Below, one piece after another: positions 11,628 to 24,380 of a DNA stretch of 64,000 nt. A program made the translations under genes and the position numbers. How positions within the stretch are numbered: the first letter of the stretch is position 1; each line of letters starts with the position of its first letter. Source of the DNA: Antedon mediterranea (taxonomy: Eukaryota; Animalia; Echinodermata); assembly GCF_964355755.1 (NCBI RefSeq), contig NC_092670.1, positions 40,784,388 through 40,848,387 of the forward strand, given 5' to 3'. The notes beneath the pieces were generated by a model. The model was given only the letters and a program-made list of their open reading frames with translations. It did no database searches and had not been told where the DNA came from.

Positions 11628-13203
11628 AGGGGGATTCTGGGTTTAAAATTGCTTTTAAATATCGTTTATTTATTAAATAAAAAATATTATAACAATATAG
11701 ACATTTCAGAATGAAGAAGTAATAACGAGAAATTAAAAAAATTAAATTTCATATACATTTTAGGGTAAATTCATGGAAAGTCTGTTTTTTAGCAGCTTAG
11801 GGAAGCTCATTAATATTCATGAGATATTCACAAAATCACGTCACCAGTGGATTCCAAACTCGCGACGTCATGTACGTTGTGTTTGTCAACTAATTTACAT
11901 CTCTCTCCCCTGTCAAACGACGACCACCATTGTGATCATTGTGAAATACATTTTTTGTAGATTTTCTAAGCTAGGCCCAAAGTGTAATAATAACAGTAGT
12001 AGCATATATTTATTTGACATTTAATGAAATACAAAATTTAGTACAGATACGGAGTCATAAATTATACTATTTTTATACCTCTATAGTACAGATCGTATTA
12101 TCGGCTTCACGTACAATACTACTCTAGGCCTAGCCTAATAATAATATGGGCGAGAGCCATTCTGACTAGGGATTCCATGCCACGATGGCTACGTTAAAAC
12201 AATGGGGCCCATGGGCCTAGCTAGCCTACTACTAGACGATTGGCCCATAAATAACAAAACCCATCCTATCAACCAAACTCCTAAACAATCTAAACCTAAA
12301 AAATTCTACAAAATCGGCTGTAAATATTGAAGCAAAACAAGGTCCGATCGCCGTCCACACGTATGGTGTCCCGATCGTCTAAGTAGGCCTAAAATAAATA
12401 GGTTTAGTTTACTCTCCAAAAAAGCGGATACTCATGCATCAAGCAAGTAGACCAGGTAGTAGGAAGGAGACCTAGCCGATCCGGCCCAGTTAAAAATTGA
12501 GCTAGCTAGTGTAGTAGACCCTATGCGAATTGATACTACCAGGCCTTTTACTATAGGCTGCACTACACAAATATTCCAACTCTCTCATTCGAGCTATATT
12601 ATCTATACCATTCCGGTAGGTCGAGTCGACCTTCAATCAAATACTGTACATCGTTCATGTTGTGATTATAGACGGGGTATACTCGACCCGACCAGTTTGG
12701 TATTGTTGTATCTGCTTATCACGTGACGATGCCAGACATGGGCAGCAGAGAGAGCACGTGTATCGTCGTCTCGCTCGATCCTCAGGAGGAATGTACAGTA
12801 TACGTTACGCTTCATTGATTTTGATTTTTCCCTAAGTCGGTGCGAAAATCGGCAAACGTAAAGTGCAAACATATCTAATTTTTCACTGTTTTGATGAATT
12901 TTCATAAAAAATTGACTTTATAAATGGAAAGACCGACTAAAATTACATCAGATAAGTATAATTTTACAAAATTAATTGATATGGTTTATGATAACGAGTC
13001 GTCGGAAGATGGACCATTTCACGAATTTCCTATTTTGTAACCACAGTGTGATTTTGCCGTAGCTGCACTTGTAATCTGGCCTGATTTCACAGCCTTCGTT
13101 CTGCTTCACTGGGCGCTTATATAAATTGAAACTTTTACCGTTCAAGAGACAAACAAATATATTTTACATTTTTTACTATTCATTTTAAACCCGGAACCCC
13201 CCT
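11628..13203. mobile_element. Non-autonomous TTAA-specific DNA transposon, Kolobok-like (1576 bp)
   Basis: TTAA at 11624-11627 and 13204-13207. TIR AGGGGGATTCTGGGTTTAAAAT / ATTTTAAACCCGGAACCCCCCT. Purine (AG) 5' terminus rather than the piggyBac CC. Interior is CpG-rich relative to flanks, with no transposase ORF. Confidence 0.8.
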
Positions 13204-15629
13204 TTAAAATGGAACATGAAAACTAAGAGTAGGCTAATGAGTCTTTTTGTCAATGTACAGGCTATAAATACGCAAAAATGCATGTACGTGGATACAGAGG
13301 GGTCAATTACCACTTAATAAAAATAAATTTATATTTCATGAATAAGTTCCACCAAAATTATGGATAAGCATTAATATAGAAAAATTATAATTCAATTTTA
13401 AAACTGGTTTTCAATATTACCAGTACTTTATAATTGAATTTATTTAAATAGGAAAACATGTTGGTAGTTACAGTGTGAATGTATAGGCTATACTATATGC
13501 AATAAAATGTGTGGGTACACATATGTCAAGAGAGAAATTAAAAATGTATAGAATTGCCAATAAATTATTCCGTTTATTATCCTACAATCAAGGTAATTAT
13601 GATCATATAATTCCTAAAATTTAGCCTCAAAATTGTTTATAAATGTGTTTATTTTTACCACAATATTCTCCTGTATACTAGACAAAAACACATTTCATCT
13701 AGTGCATTAAGTTTTACTATGAATCTAAAGTCATTAAAAAAAATTCCATTAAAAAACAATCGTGACTAAAAAATAATGCCGCCATAGGCCTACGTGGATG
13801 TCGCACAACAGAGAATTAAACAACATTTTATGAGAATGAAATTACAATAAAAAAAATTGTCTTTCCTTTGATGTCAAGATTTGACCATATATCAAACGGC
13901 GCAAAAAAACACAAGTCATCTATTAAGTGTGTTGATGCTAAGATTTTATATAAAATGCTAAAAAGCACAAAAAAACCAATCACAGAGTATTATACTGTTC
14001 AACAGCTAAATTACCATGGCAACTAAGATTGTAACATTGCTATTATATGATACTAAATGTAACAGTTTTCAACAGCAGTGTACAATCACTCATAAAGCAG
14101 CGACGAAAATGAAGATAATTATCAAAGATGTTTATCAGGATAAAAGATAATAACTACTTTAGAGTTTGCTGCAAATTTAACCTATAAATCCAAATTATGT
14201 ATACCATGTGCGCATCGATCGTCCATAAAAAGAAGTTTAAATTTAAAGCATTTTATTTCATTTAAATTATTAAATGTTCAAAGAAGGAATTATGATTATG
14301 ATAATGATTAGATTTTGATTATGATTACATTTTAATTATGAGATAAGATCATTTTACAATTTGTCTTTCCTTTTTATCATTTTGAAAAAATATTGTTGTA
14401 AACCTTTCTTGTTGAATTGCCATTTTAATGTTACATAATAGCTATTGATTTTAAAATGATGATGATGATGGTTCTAGACTTTGATTGAATATACTATCTT
14501 ATATTTTTTTAACTTTTTGTAATTTTAGATTTTTTATAGGTATTAATTTTTTTCAATTAAGCTATTGTACATTTGATATAATTATCAAATTCTAATTAGA
14601 GAATGTATAGATACAGTAGATAAAATAAAAATTACACTTAACAAAGAATGACGTTTCGATCTCATCATGAGATTACTAAAGCTTTAATGCTATAGTGCTT
14701 TAAAATATCTTGAATTGATATGGATATTTATAATAGTGTTTTCAAGTCCTAAAAGAAACAATCATTTATAGTTATTTTCAGCTCATTTTATTTCCATTAA
14801 TTAATTTAATTGCAAAGATATATTATCACCAGAGAATTGTAATCATGAATTTAGAAAACCCTGTTTTTATTCATTTATCGTATCGGCATGATGACTTTTT
14901 CAAATTGATTGAAAATTTGGCATTATCAACGATAGACTAATCCTAATAAAAACCTCTCAACGTGATGCTACGAATTCAATAAAATTGAAAGCTTCTAAGA
15001 TGTGCGTGTGATCAAACTTTTCATTCTATAAACCGTTATAAAATTCTAAACACAATTTTATTATTTAGATTTTAATAGTCTTAAATGGTTCTTAAATGCA
15101 TTTATTGATACTTAATAGATAATTTGTAACTTGGTAAGTACGCATTTGTTTTCATCGTATTAGGAAGTTAAAAAAATGATAATGATATTGCAATAAGACA
15201 TTATAATGTGCTGACATATAAACACATGATCTGTAATAAAAGTAAATGTTTTTATTGCGTTGACTGTTCATGACATAAATCTATGGAAGGCAAACCTTGC
15301 CAAAACATGAACAAAATACAGATGAATACAATCCAAATTTGAAAAGGCCATTTTGTAATTAATAAATTCTGCAGAAAAAAAACTGATTTCACTAAATAAA
15401 GAAAAAATAAACAGTTAATTTATAATAATAATGGATAATTTAGCCTTACAACCCCAGATATCATGGGTTAAATCCTATCTGATGTAGATTTGTAAAACCA
15501 AATGTCCTTCATCGATTTTAGTTGATTTAACATGTATTTATTAATTAATTTGAATATCTGGCAATAAATCTAATGTTATGATAAGTGTATGTATTCCAAT
15601 ATTTTACTTCCTTTGTTTTTATATTGCTT

Positions 15630-15827
15630 TGAGCACTTTAGTGGATATGTGCGCTGTATAAATTGAGCACTTTAGTGGATATGTGCGCTGTATAAATTGA
15701 GCACTTTAGTGGATATGTGCGCTGTATAAATTTAGCACTTTAGTGGATATGTGCGCTGTATAAATTGAGCACTTTAGTGTGCGCTGTATAAATTGAGCAC
15801 TTTAGTGGATATGTGCGCTGTATAAAT
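15630..15827 (+). repeat. 34-bp tandem repeat x6 derived from an L2-type LINE/SINE 3' tail
   Basis: Unit TGAGCACTTTAGTGGATATGTGCGCTGTATAAAT (unit 5 lacks GATATG), followed by (ATT)n. Confidence 0.85.
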
Positions 15828-16684
15828 CTTACGATTATTATTATTGATTTATTTATTTACTGATGGGTAACTGAACTTTTATTTCCAAATTAATAAAAAA
15901 ACATAAATAATATCATAAGAGGTAGTGTAGGTGTAAATAAACTATTATTATTATATCATACACAAAGTATTTGTTGAGAAAACATAAGGCTAGGCTCTTT
16001 TACCAACTGAAACTAGAACAAAATTAACTGGGAAAAATATTTATAAACTCAAAAATATAGCAACTCTAATGTCATCTAAGTGATCCTACATTTTTATTTT
16101 TATTTGTTTTTAACTGTTCTGTATATCTTTTTAAATTAGGTCTACTATGTATTTATATATGTTATACATTTTCTTTACTTTTAAACTTGTAACTGGACCA
16201 TTTTGGAAAGCAGTACTGCGTTACTGAAAATGCAATCCAGTCAAAAGAAAGAATAAATAAATAAAATAGTAATGTCTTGTTATAGTACATACAACCTAGT
16301 GAGATATAGGTCATGTCATAGGTCATGTCATGTTTCAATGTTATGTTTTATTGATTTCTAATTTTATATTTTGTTTTGTTGTTGACAAGACATTCTTTTG
16401 TATTGACACAAATGCATTTTATTAAAGCTTATATCCAGTAATTACTCATTAAACATGATTTCTTTTCAATTTAATTACGTTTATTTTCTATAAAAATTCA
16501 AATTAACTGTGTAACAAAAAGTAGATTCTTCCTACGCAAAAAAATTAACATAAAGATACCAAGATGGTGTTTTATCATACAAAAGTTGCTGTAGATTGAT
16601 TTGTTACAAATGAATACAATATACTAACAAACAACATATATACTATATAACAACAATAATATATAACAATAATAACAATAATAT

Positions 16685-16988
16685 ATTCACACCCACTTAA
16701 CACGTGGAGTAGAAAATTTGAATGTAACAATACCTAAATACACCCTTAGTAAAATGAATTCGTCCTTTAAAGTTGCAGGCGCAAAAATATGGAACAATTT
16801 ACCAATTAATATTAAATCGGCACCAACAATTACGTCCTTTAAGGCTAGATACAAATCTCATTTCTTTTCATAAAAAAACTGACATGTATTATATTTAATT
16901 AAGTTTCTCTTTTGTATATTTTGATTAAGACAGGACCACAATGTAAAACAGATACACTGTTATCTGATTGTTTTATCCTGTATAAATA

Positions 16989-17020
<32 letters not shown>
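16685..17020 (+). mobile_element. 5'-truncated CR1/L2-group LINE 3' end
   Basis: Translates IHTHLTRGVENLNVTIPKYTLSKMNSSFKVAGAKIWNNLPINIKSAPTITSFKARYKSHFFS* (stop ends 16873), the typical ORF2 C-terminus (H.TR...SF...G...WN.LP..FK), then a 3' UTR and (TTA)n tail. Confidence 0.85.
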
Positions 17021-17024
<4 letters not shown>

Positions 17025-18029
17025 ACAACACTATATACTAATAATTAATTTGCAAAATGCATTGCATCTATTTTGAACTATATAGTTATATAAATCTTCA
17101 TTTTATAAAAATCGTAAATTTTCGTTAGTTGTAAGAGTAAAATTGACACGAAAATGGTCATCAATTTGTGTAACCATGTCTTTTCATGATTTCAGTGAAA
17201 TATTACTTTAAATATGTTGTAACTTAAGTTTTCAGAATAGTTTTTTAAAGCAAGTCTCTTTAATCCAACTTTAAATGTGTCGTAAACATTCGCAAATTTA
17301 ATCCTTTGAGTTTTCACTTAAAAATAACCTATTGCACGGCAAAAACAAAGGCTTAATACAACTCTTTCTTTGGCGTTTGATGTTGGTTATCGTGTCCGTC
17401 TCATCTTGTATCTTAATCTATACGTTAGTCACATGATCTTACTTATCTAGCTGTAAATAAATGCAATTTTTGACATGACAACAGTTATCTGTTTGCATCG
17501 ACATGCGAATATCACAAGTCGTAAACACCACCGTCGCACATTCCTCGAACAGAAATACGACGAGATAGAATTTGACGTCGCCTACTACGTTTTTCATGTG
17601 TTAATCAAAACTTATTAGCATACCATTAACACCTATTACAGATTAGAATAGCCTGATAATAGCCATTTGAAGATTGTAATGTCTACACTGTTTATTCGCA
17701 TAGTAATTACAAATTATAAACATAAAACATGGCTAATTTACATTCGCGATATCAATTATGTAGAAAACCATTTTTATATATGTTTTGTAAATTGTAGTAT
17801 ATATTTTTTTCATTTGTCACGTACAATATGCAGGTCATGGCCAGGTATTGGTTATTTTTAAATAATGAATTATCCTAGACCAATTTGTTTTTGATGGCCT
17901 TGAAAATGGAAGAACAACATTTAGATATCATTCCATCTCTTGTTACATTAATATCATAATGTTGTAATTTAAGAATGTGTGTAAAAATGACGAGCAAGAA
18001 ACCTGGCAATTTTAACTATGGGAGACAAG

Positions 18030-18920
18030 CCACAGATTGACTAAATTGTTCAATTTGTAGAGAAGAAAAAATCACAAAGCAATGAAAATATATTTGCGAG
18101 ATAATATAAAGTAACTTATGTATTATTTAGAATATAACTTGTGTTACTAATTGATATATGATATGGTTTTTTCAATTTGAGAATACAGTAAAGATTGAAT
18201 AAATTGTTGAATTGTGTACAATTATATAATTATAGAAAGCACATTTAAAAATTTGATAATACAAGTATTTCTATATTATTATTATTGGGAAAGCATGTAT
18301 ACAAGCATGTGGTACAAACTGATTGAATTGTTATTTATTTATAAAAATATACAAAAGAAAGCTATTTATTTTGTACTCTTACTTAGCATAAATGTAATTA
18401 AGGTTTCTGTTTTATATATTTTGTTCTCTCTTTTGTTATTTTTAAATTTGTAATGTATTACTGTTAGTTGATCACGGCCTTGTACAAGAACACCTTTATG
18501 GTGACACAAGCTTTTCTGTGTTAAAATAAAGTATAATTATGATTATATTTATTATAGAGCTCATTTAAATAAAAAATATTAGAATTTGCAAGATAATACA
18601 AGTAACTATAATATATTATATTTAGCGTTATTAAAAGTATTTTACAGTATGTTTTTTAATTTGGGAAAACATATGGTACAAATTGATTGAATTGTTTTGT
18701 ATAAAAATATTTAATAGAAGCTCATTTATTTAAAAAATGTTAGAATATTTGAAAGATAATACAACTATAATATTTTACATTTAGTTATTAAACTTGTGTT
18801 ATTTAAAATATACAGTATGTTTCTCAATTTGGGACAGCATATGGCACAGATTGATTAAATTGTTAAATTGTTATATAAAATTTAGACTTGGAAGGCACAT
18901 TCAATAAATTGAATATGAAT
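18030..18920. repeat. Old degenerate AT-rich tandem repeat (about 180-250-bp units)
   Basis: Recurring CAATTTGGGA..CATATGGTACAAATTGATTGAATTGTT...AAGATAATA. Confidence 0.55.
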
Positions 18921-20364
18921 TGTTACATTGCATAGATAAAGTAGATTACTCTATTGATTGATTGATTTATTATTTTAATGTAACTTGTTTAAAGTGGGCT
19001 TCCTATCACAAGACCCTTGTGGTTTCCTGAAAGTCCCTTTTATCTTTAAATAGTTTACGTCTTTTCGTTTGTGTATTGCTGTTAAGATGAATAATCGATT
19101 GATATTAAATATAGTTAATAACTACACAATATCCATCCTGTTATTTGCGAGTTGCTTGCTAATTGTATGCGTATGACATTTAAAAAAAAACGGACATTTT
19201 TAAGTGAAATTAATGAGGAAAGTGGGCGAATAGGGGATTGGGTGTTGGTGGGTTGATCTTGGCACACAATACCTATTTAAATTAACCCTATGGCCCTCTT
19301 TAATTCACAGGACACCCCTTTAAAGGAGACACTTTTTTTGGTCGTGAAGGTGTCCACTTAATATGGGATTTACTGTATTATTACATTAGTGTAATAAACT
19401 TATTATTGTGTACATTTGGTATGCTTTCTCAATTTAGGAAAATATGGTAAAAAAAAGGGTAAATTGACAAAACACAGTTGAACAAATAAATAAGAGACAC
19501 TTAAAGTCAAGATGATGATAAGAATCAATACAGCTTCCCGACATAAATGTATCGTCCAATCAAACAACTGTGTATTCTCTTCAAATCTGTCGTAAAATTA
19601 AAGTATCATAAAGTATGACTATTGGAGGATACAATCGTAGTGAAGTGTTTGGACTGACGCATTTAAGCGTACGATGTTGTCCAACTTTATGAACTAACTA
19701 AATAATTGTGAGTACAATGATTTAATTGAGTAGCAAGGCCTATGATATAATGATTTTATAGTTCATAGAGCCATAGTGAGATACAGAGAAGGGACAGAGC
19801 AATATTGTTTTATTCGTTTTTATTGCATTTTTTTATTGTTATGTAAATTGTACAGTATTTAGTTTTTAGCCATGCAGCTACTTGTTGTAAGTTTTATACC
19901 TGAATAAATAAATATTGAACGTATTTTGACTGAGCCCGGCCTTTTATGTATAGATGTCAGATATGTGCTGGTAAAAGTCACTACCAAACGTAATCAATGG
20001 TCGCTGTGCACTATACTGTATATGCTCTATTTTGTTCATTATAAATACTTGCATTTCTTTACATAACATATTGTAAGTATTTACTTAATGAGAATGAAGT
20101 CTTAACTTCTACTTTATTATTAATGCTATTAATGTATTTTCATCTTACATTAATTATTAAATTTCAATTTCAAAACATTCTCTCACTGTAGATTGTAACA
20201 CACTGTTCATTACATTTATTTACATAGTGACAAACATTTGTAAATGTCACATTACGTCGGCTTCATTCAAATATTAGCAACCAAAACTCACAGTACTTTT
20301 TAAACAACTACAACTACTAGTTTATGTTGTTACGCCATTTTAAATTCCAATTGGAAGGACATTT

Positions 20365-20491
20365 GTCTGTGATGTGCCCAAATATAGTAGTGAAATGCTT
20401 AAATATGGTATGATATGACATCATCATGTCCATATATTATGGGCTCATCACATTGTGTTGTCACATAAAGTTTGACAGTGAAGACAGAGCT
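20365..20491. mobile_element. MITE family A partial copy
   Basis: GTGATGTGCCCAAATAT...CACATAAAGTTTGACAGTGAAGACAGAGCT. Confidence 0.75.
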
Positions 20492-22438
20492 TAATGAAAT
20501 CTTTCTTGAAAAACTGGCTTTGGGAGAACACTGACACCAGTGAAAAAAAATTGATATAAATAGAAATAAATAGTTAAAAGACGCATACTAATACAGCTAA
20601 TCTTAATAGTGCTCATAATAAATATTTTTAAATATATATTTAAAAATATCAATTGAAATTTAGATTCAAATAAACAATCTGTGAATCCAATCTATTACGA
20701 AAATAAGCACTGTACAAATACGTGAGCGCCCTTTCACACAATATGTTAATTTAAATCTATCGCGCTTATTTTATCAATAGTTTTAGACAGCTTTTAAAAT
20801 AACAGAACAAATCTGTTGTTTCATAGTATTTTGTTAAGCAGTGAATTTAACAAAACAAAAATAGATAAATTAGTGTATGTCAATCTCATTTCATCCATCA
20901 AACACTGGAATAGATTTTTCTTTTTTTATCGTACAAATAAAATAATTTGTCATTGTCAATACATACAGCTGGATATTGGCAATACTGTTTTAGTGTATAT
21001 TTAATTGTTTGCTAACTATATGTGTCAACGTATAACAAAGTATAATAATTAAATCCTTATCAAATGTACGGAAAAGAAAACAAAAATCATCAAACAATTA
21101 AATACATATACCACAGATATATAAACCTAACATTATCAATAACTTGTTAAAGAAATATTCTATTTTTTAGTTCTGTTTCTTTCATTATTTTAATTATTTA
21201 TAGTTTATTTATTGATTTTTTTACTTATAAACAATTAGTTTATACAAATGAATGTAAACAGCATACAACACAGCAAGTAATAAATCAATTCTTACGAAAA
21301 AGAAAAAAAAATGAATAAAAGTGAGTAAATGTCAGAATACATTGAGTATACCAACGGCAAAATTACTCAAAAAGTAAGTACACACTAATTATGTCTTTGA
21401 GTTCATGATTGATTACTTAAGAGAACATTGAAATATTACCGGGTTTAATCATTTATAACATGAATACATCAACATTTTAAAATGTGATGATACATTATTA
21501 ACATTTGCAAAATGATTTGTAGAATTTCAAATTGAAAAAAATAATTGAATTAACTAAATCAATAATGAACATTTACAAAAAGAAGAGAGAGAGATTCTTT
21601 ATTATTACATATTAAAATTAATCTAACTAAATTAATCTAACTAAATTGATCTAACTAAATTGATCTAATTAAATAAATTAATCTAATTAAACTAAAAAAA
21701 CTTTTAAAAATTAAAAAAAAGAGAGATTTTTTCATTATTAAAGATTACAATTTTTTGAAATAATTTGTAAATTTTTTCAGTAAAGTTTAAAAATTAATCT
21801 AATTAAAATAATAAACATGTTAAAAAAGATTTTTACAATTTTGAAAATTATTTGTAAATTTGTACAGTTAAAGTTTGGTGTCAATTTAATTCATCAGCCA
21901 AATTAATTTAACCATACCTAATTAACAATCAATTCCTAAAAAACATTTTTGTCATAAAGTGTTGGTTGGTATGCCAATAATCAATATAGTAAATAAGCTA
22001 ATCTTTTGATTATTGGTGCTAATTTATTGATTAGTCCTTTTGTTTTCATTGTTAAAACCTTAAATGTACAAAATGATTTTAAACATGTGTTTAATATTGC
22101 TACTGAGTTCATTAAATATATTTATGAAAATTGTTACTATTTAACATTTTTGTCGATGTCTACATTTTGTCAACCATGCATCATAATCCGAATGGTGAAT
22201 CAGTTAATAAAAAAAATTTATAAAAAAAAATATTTTAATAGCTGCTCATTTTATGCTCAATAAATGTTTGATAAAAATCAAAACATAGCTTAATGTCATC
22301 AATCAATACTTGAGCATTGACCTAGACTAAGAACAGGTGCTTAGATGATGGAATCTCCAGCCAAATGGACACTGTAATCTAGCTTGCATTCTAAACTTAT
22401 TACCTAACTAATATCAATAAATAAAAATGATTACTTAC

Positions 22439-22782
22439 ATATGAAGATGATATAAACATGCTTGCCAGCCTGTCGGTCTTTCTAAAAAATTATATATCTT
22501 GCTTTGTAACTTTCTGAACTTAGCATCCCGTTTATTTTGGGGTCTAAACGAGATAGGTTTTCCTAGGAGGCTCATTCTTGGTGCGTACAGCCTTTGTGAT
22601 TCAGATTGTCCATTCATCTTAATGAATTCCCTTTTCACTTGGCGGCGGCATTGTACACTATCATCATCACTATCGTTGTCAGGCATGACAAATCCTACAC
22701 GCTGCCGTCCTGTGCGTGGAACAGTCTTCTTAGATGCTATAACATCAACTGAGGCATCTTGATCAAGCAAACGACCGCTCAT
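22439..22782 (-). CDS. KCNQ: KCNQ/Kv7 voltage-gated potassium channel, first coding exon (N-terminus to start of S1)
   Basis: Translation MSGRLLDQ...APRMSLLGKPISFRPQNKRDAKFRKLQSKIYNFLERPTGWQACLYHLH contains the KCNQ pre-S1 signature (Q..IYNFLERP.GW...YH) and the RMSLLGKP motif of invertebrate/KCNQ2-5-type channels. It ends AT|GTAAGT (donor 22438-22433), phase 2, as in vertebrate KCNQ exon 1. ATG 22782 is the first in-frame ATG after an in-frame TGA at 22830-22828. Confidence 0.93.
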
Positions 22783-22881
22783 TATTCTCTCATTCGCTAC
22801 TCGATCATAACACGAGCACAAAATCAATCAAGCATGACATGGCCTCTGTGGTGTAGCCATGGGATTCCATTCACAGTTGGC
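22783..22881 (-). other. 5' UTR portion of the KCNQ first coding exon
   Basis: An acceptor-like atttatctttAG (AG at 22883-22882) precedes this segment, implying an upstream non-coding exon further right. Confidence 0.6.
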
Positions 22882-23879
22882 CTAAAGATAAATATAATAT
22901 GTCAATTAATAAACTGAACATAACACATCATAAATACATACTTAATAAATTAGTGTGATGACAAAAATAAATGTCCAACCCTTTTTACTTTAATCTAGAC
23001 CTATTACCTAATGGGTTTGTACGATAAATAGCTTACTAATTGATAAGCAAATATTAGGTCTACCAAAGATAACAGTAATTAATATTTGCATAAAAATATT
23101 ATAATAGCTGCTTACATAAAAACCTCCATCTTGGCTAATTTTGTAAATTACAATGAAAATTTCAAATTGAGATATAAAGATACTTTTTAATTAAAATATT
23201 ATAATTTAAGTATGCGTACTAATTAGCGGTAAGCATCAAGAGGATTATCAGGACATTTTGTATTCACAGTCTTTCTAGATTAAGTTAAGTTATATAAAAT
23301 CGATGACAATAGAAAAACTAATTTCTTTATATATGTATATATATTTCTTGATATTTAAATATAAAGAAAAACGAAAAAAATATACTCTTTATTTTGGTGA
23401 GGCACTCAAAACAATGGGTGAAAAATAAAATAGTTAAAAAGATAAATAAAACTCTAAATAATAGTAATTGTTACCAATGAAAATCTAATTAAATTTTTAA
23501 TTAGTCTCAAAAAAAGAGGTAAAGGAAATCGGATATTTTTGTAGAAAAATTTAGATTTATTTAGGTACAAAACACTGACACTAACAAAAACTTTATATTT
23601 CTAAAAAAAAAATATTTCTTATTACTTTAATGAATTGATTTTGCTTTAATAGTAATAATTATTTCTGCTGATTATTCCTTATTAGGTAATAATTATTACT
23701 AATTTATGTAATGTTTATATAATATTAATTTTTTTTAATAATACTTGGTAAATATATTGATCTGTGGTTTGGTATCTGCCAAATTTAAATGATTGTAATT
23801 AATACGGAGCATTCCAGTTGTGTAATGCGATAGAGTACAGTAAATGTCAAAGGGTTATTCTGACCTTGTAGTGACACAG

Positions 23880-24380
23880 TAAAAACAAAGTGTTGCAAGA
23901 TTGGATAACGTTAGATAGGCCCCTGGGGTAACACTGGGGACTAGTGTGATGTAAGTGTTAAAGGATAGAATAACTTTAGATTGGCCATTGGGGAGACCTG
24001 GGGAGTTGGAGAGGCTCTTAGCGGTGTAAGACTGGATAATGTTAGATATGCCCCTGGGGAAAATGTGGGACTAGTGTAGTGTAAATGTTGAAAGATAGTA
24101 TCATTCAGGTAGGCCCCTGGGGAAAAGTGGGTGCCTATATGAGTGAACAATAAGTGTTGCAAGATAGGATAATGGGACAAAAGAGTAGGCCTCTAGAGAA
24201 AACCAGTGACTAGTGCAATGTAATTGTTTCTATGTAGGATCACTTTAGGTAGGCCCCTGGGGAAAACCGGGCCAAACAATAATTGTTGCAAGATGGGATA
24301 AAGGGACAAAATTAGGACTAGAGTAGACTATTAGTAGGAGTGAAGTGTGTAACTGTTAGAGCCCTGGGGAAATGTTAAAA
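23880..24380. repeat. Degenerate repeat cluster with GGCCCCTGGGGAAAA core
   Basis: Core at about 23919, 24050, 24112, 24252 and 24361, with shared AGTGTTGCAAGAT and GGGACTAGTG blocks. Confidence 0.7.

Noticed and set aside
22499-22762. Plus-strand 87-aa ORF
   Set aside because: Antisense shadow of the KCNQ exon.
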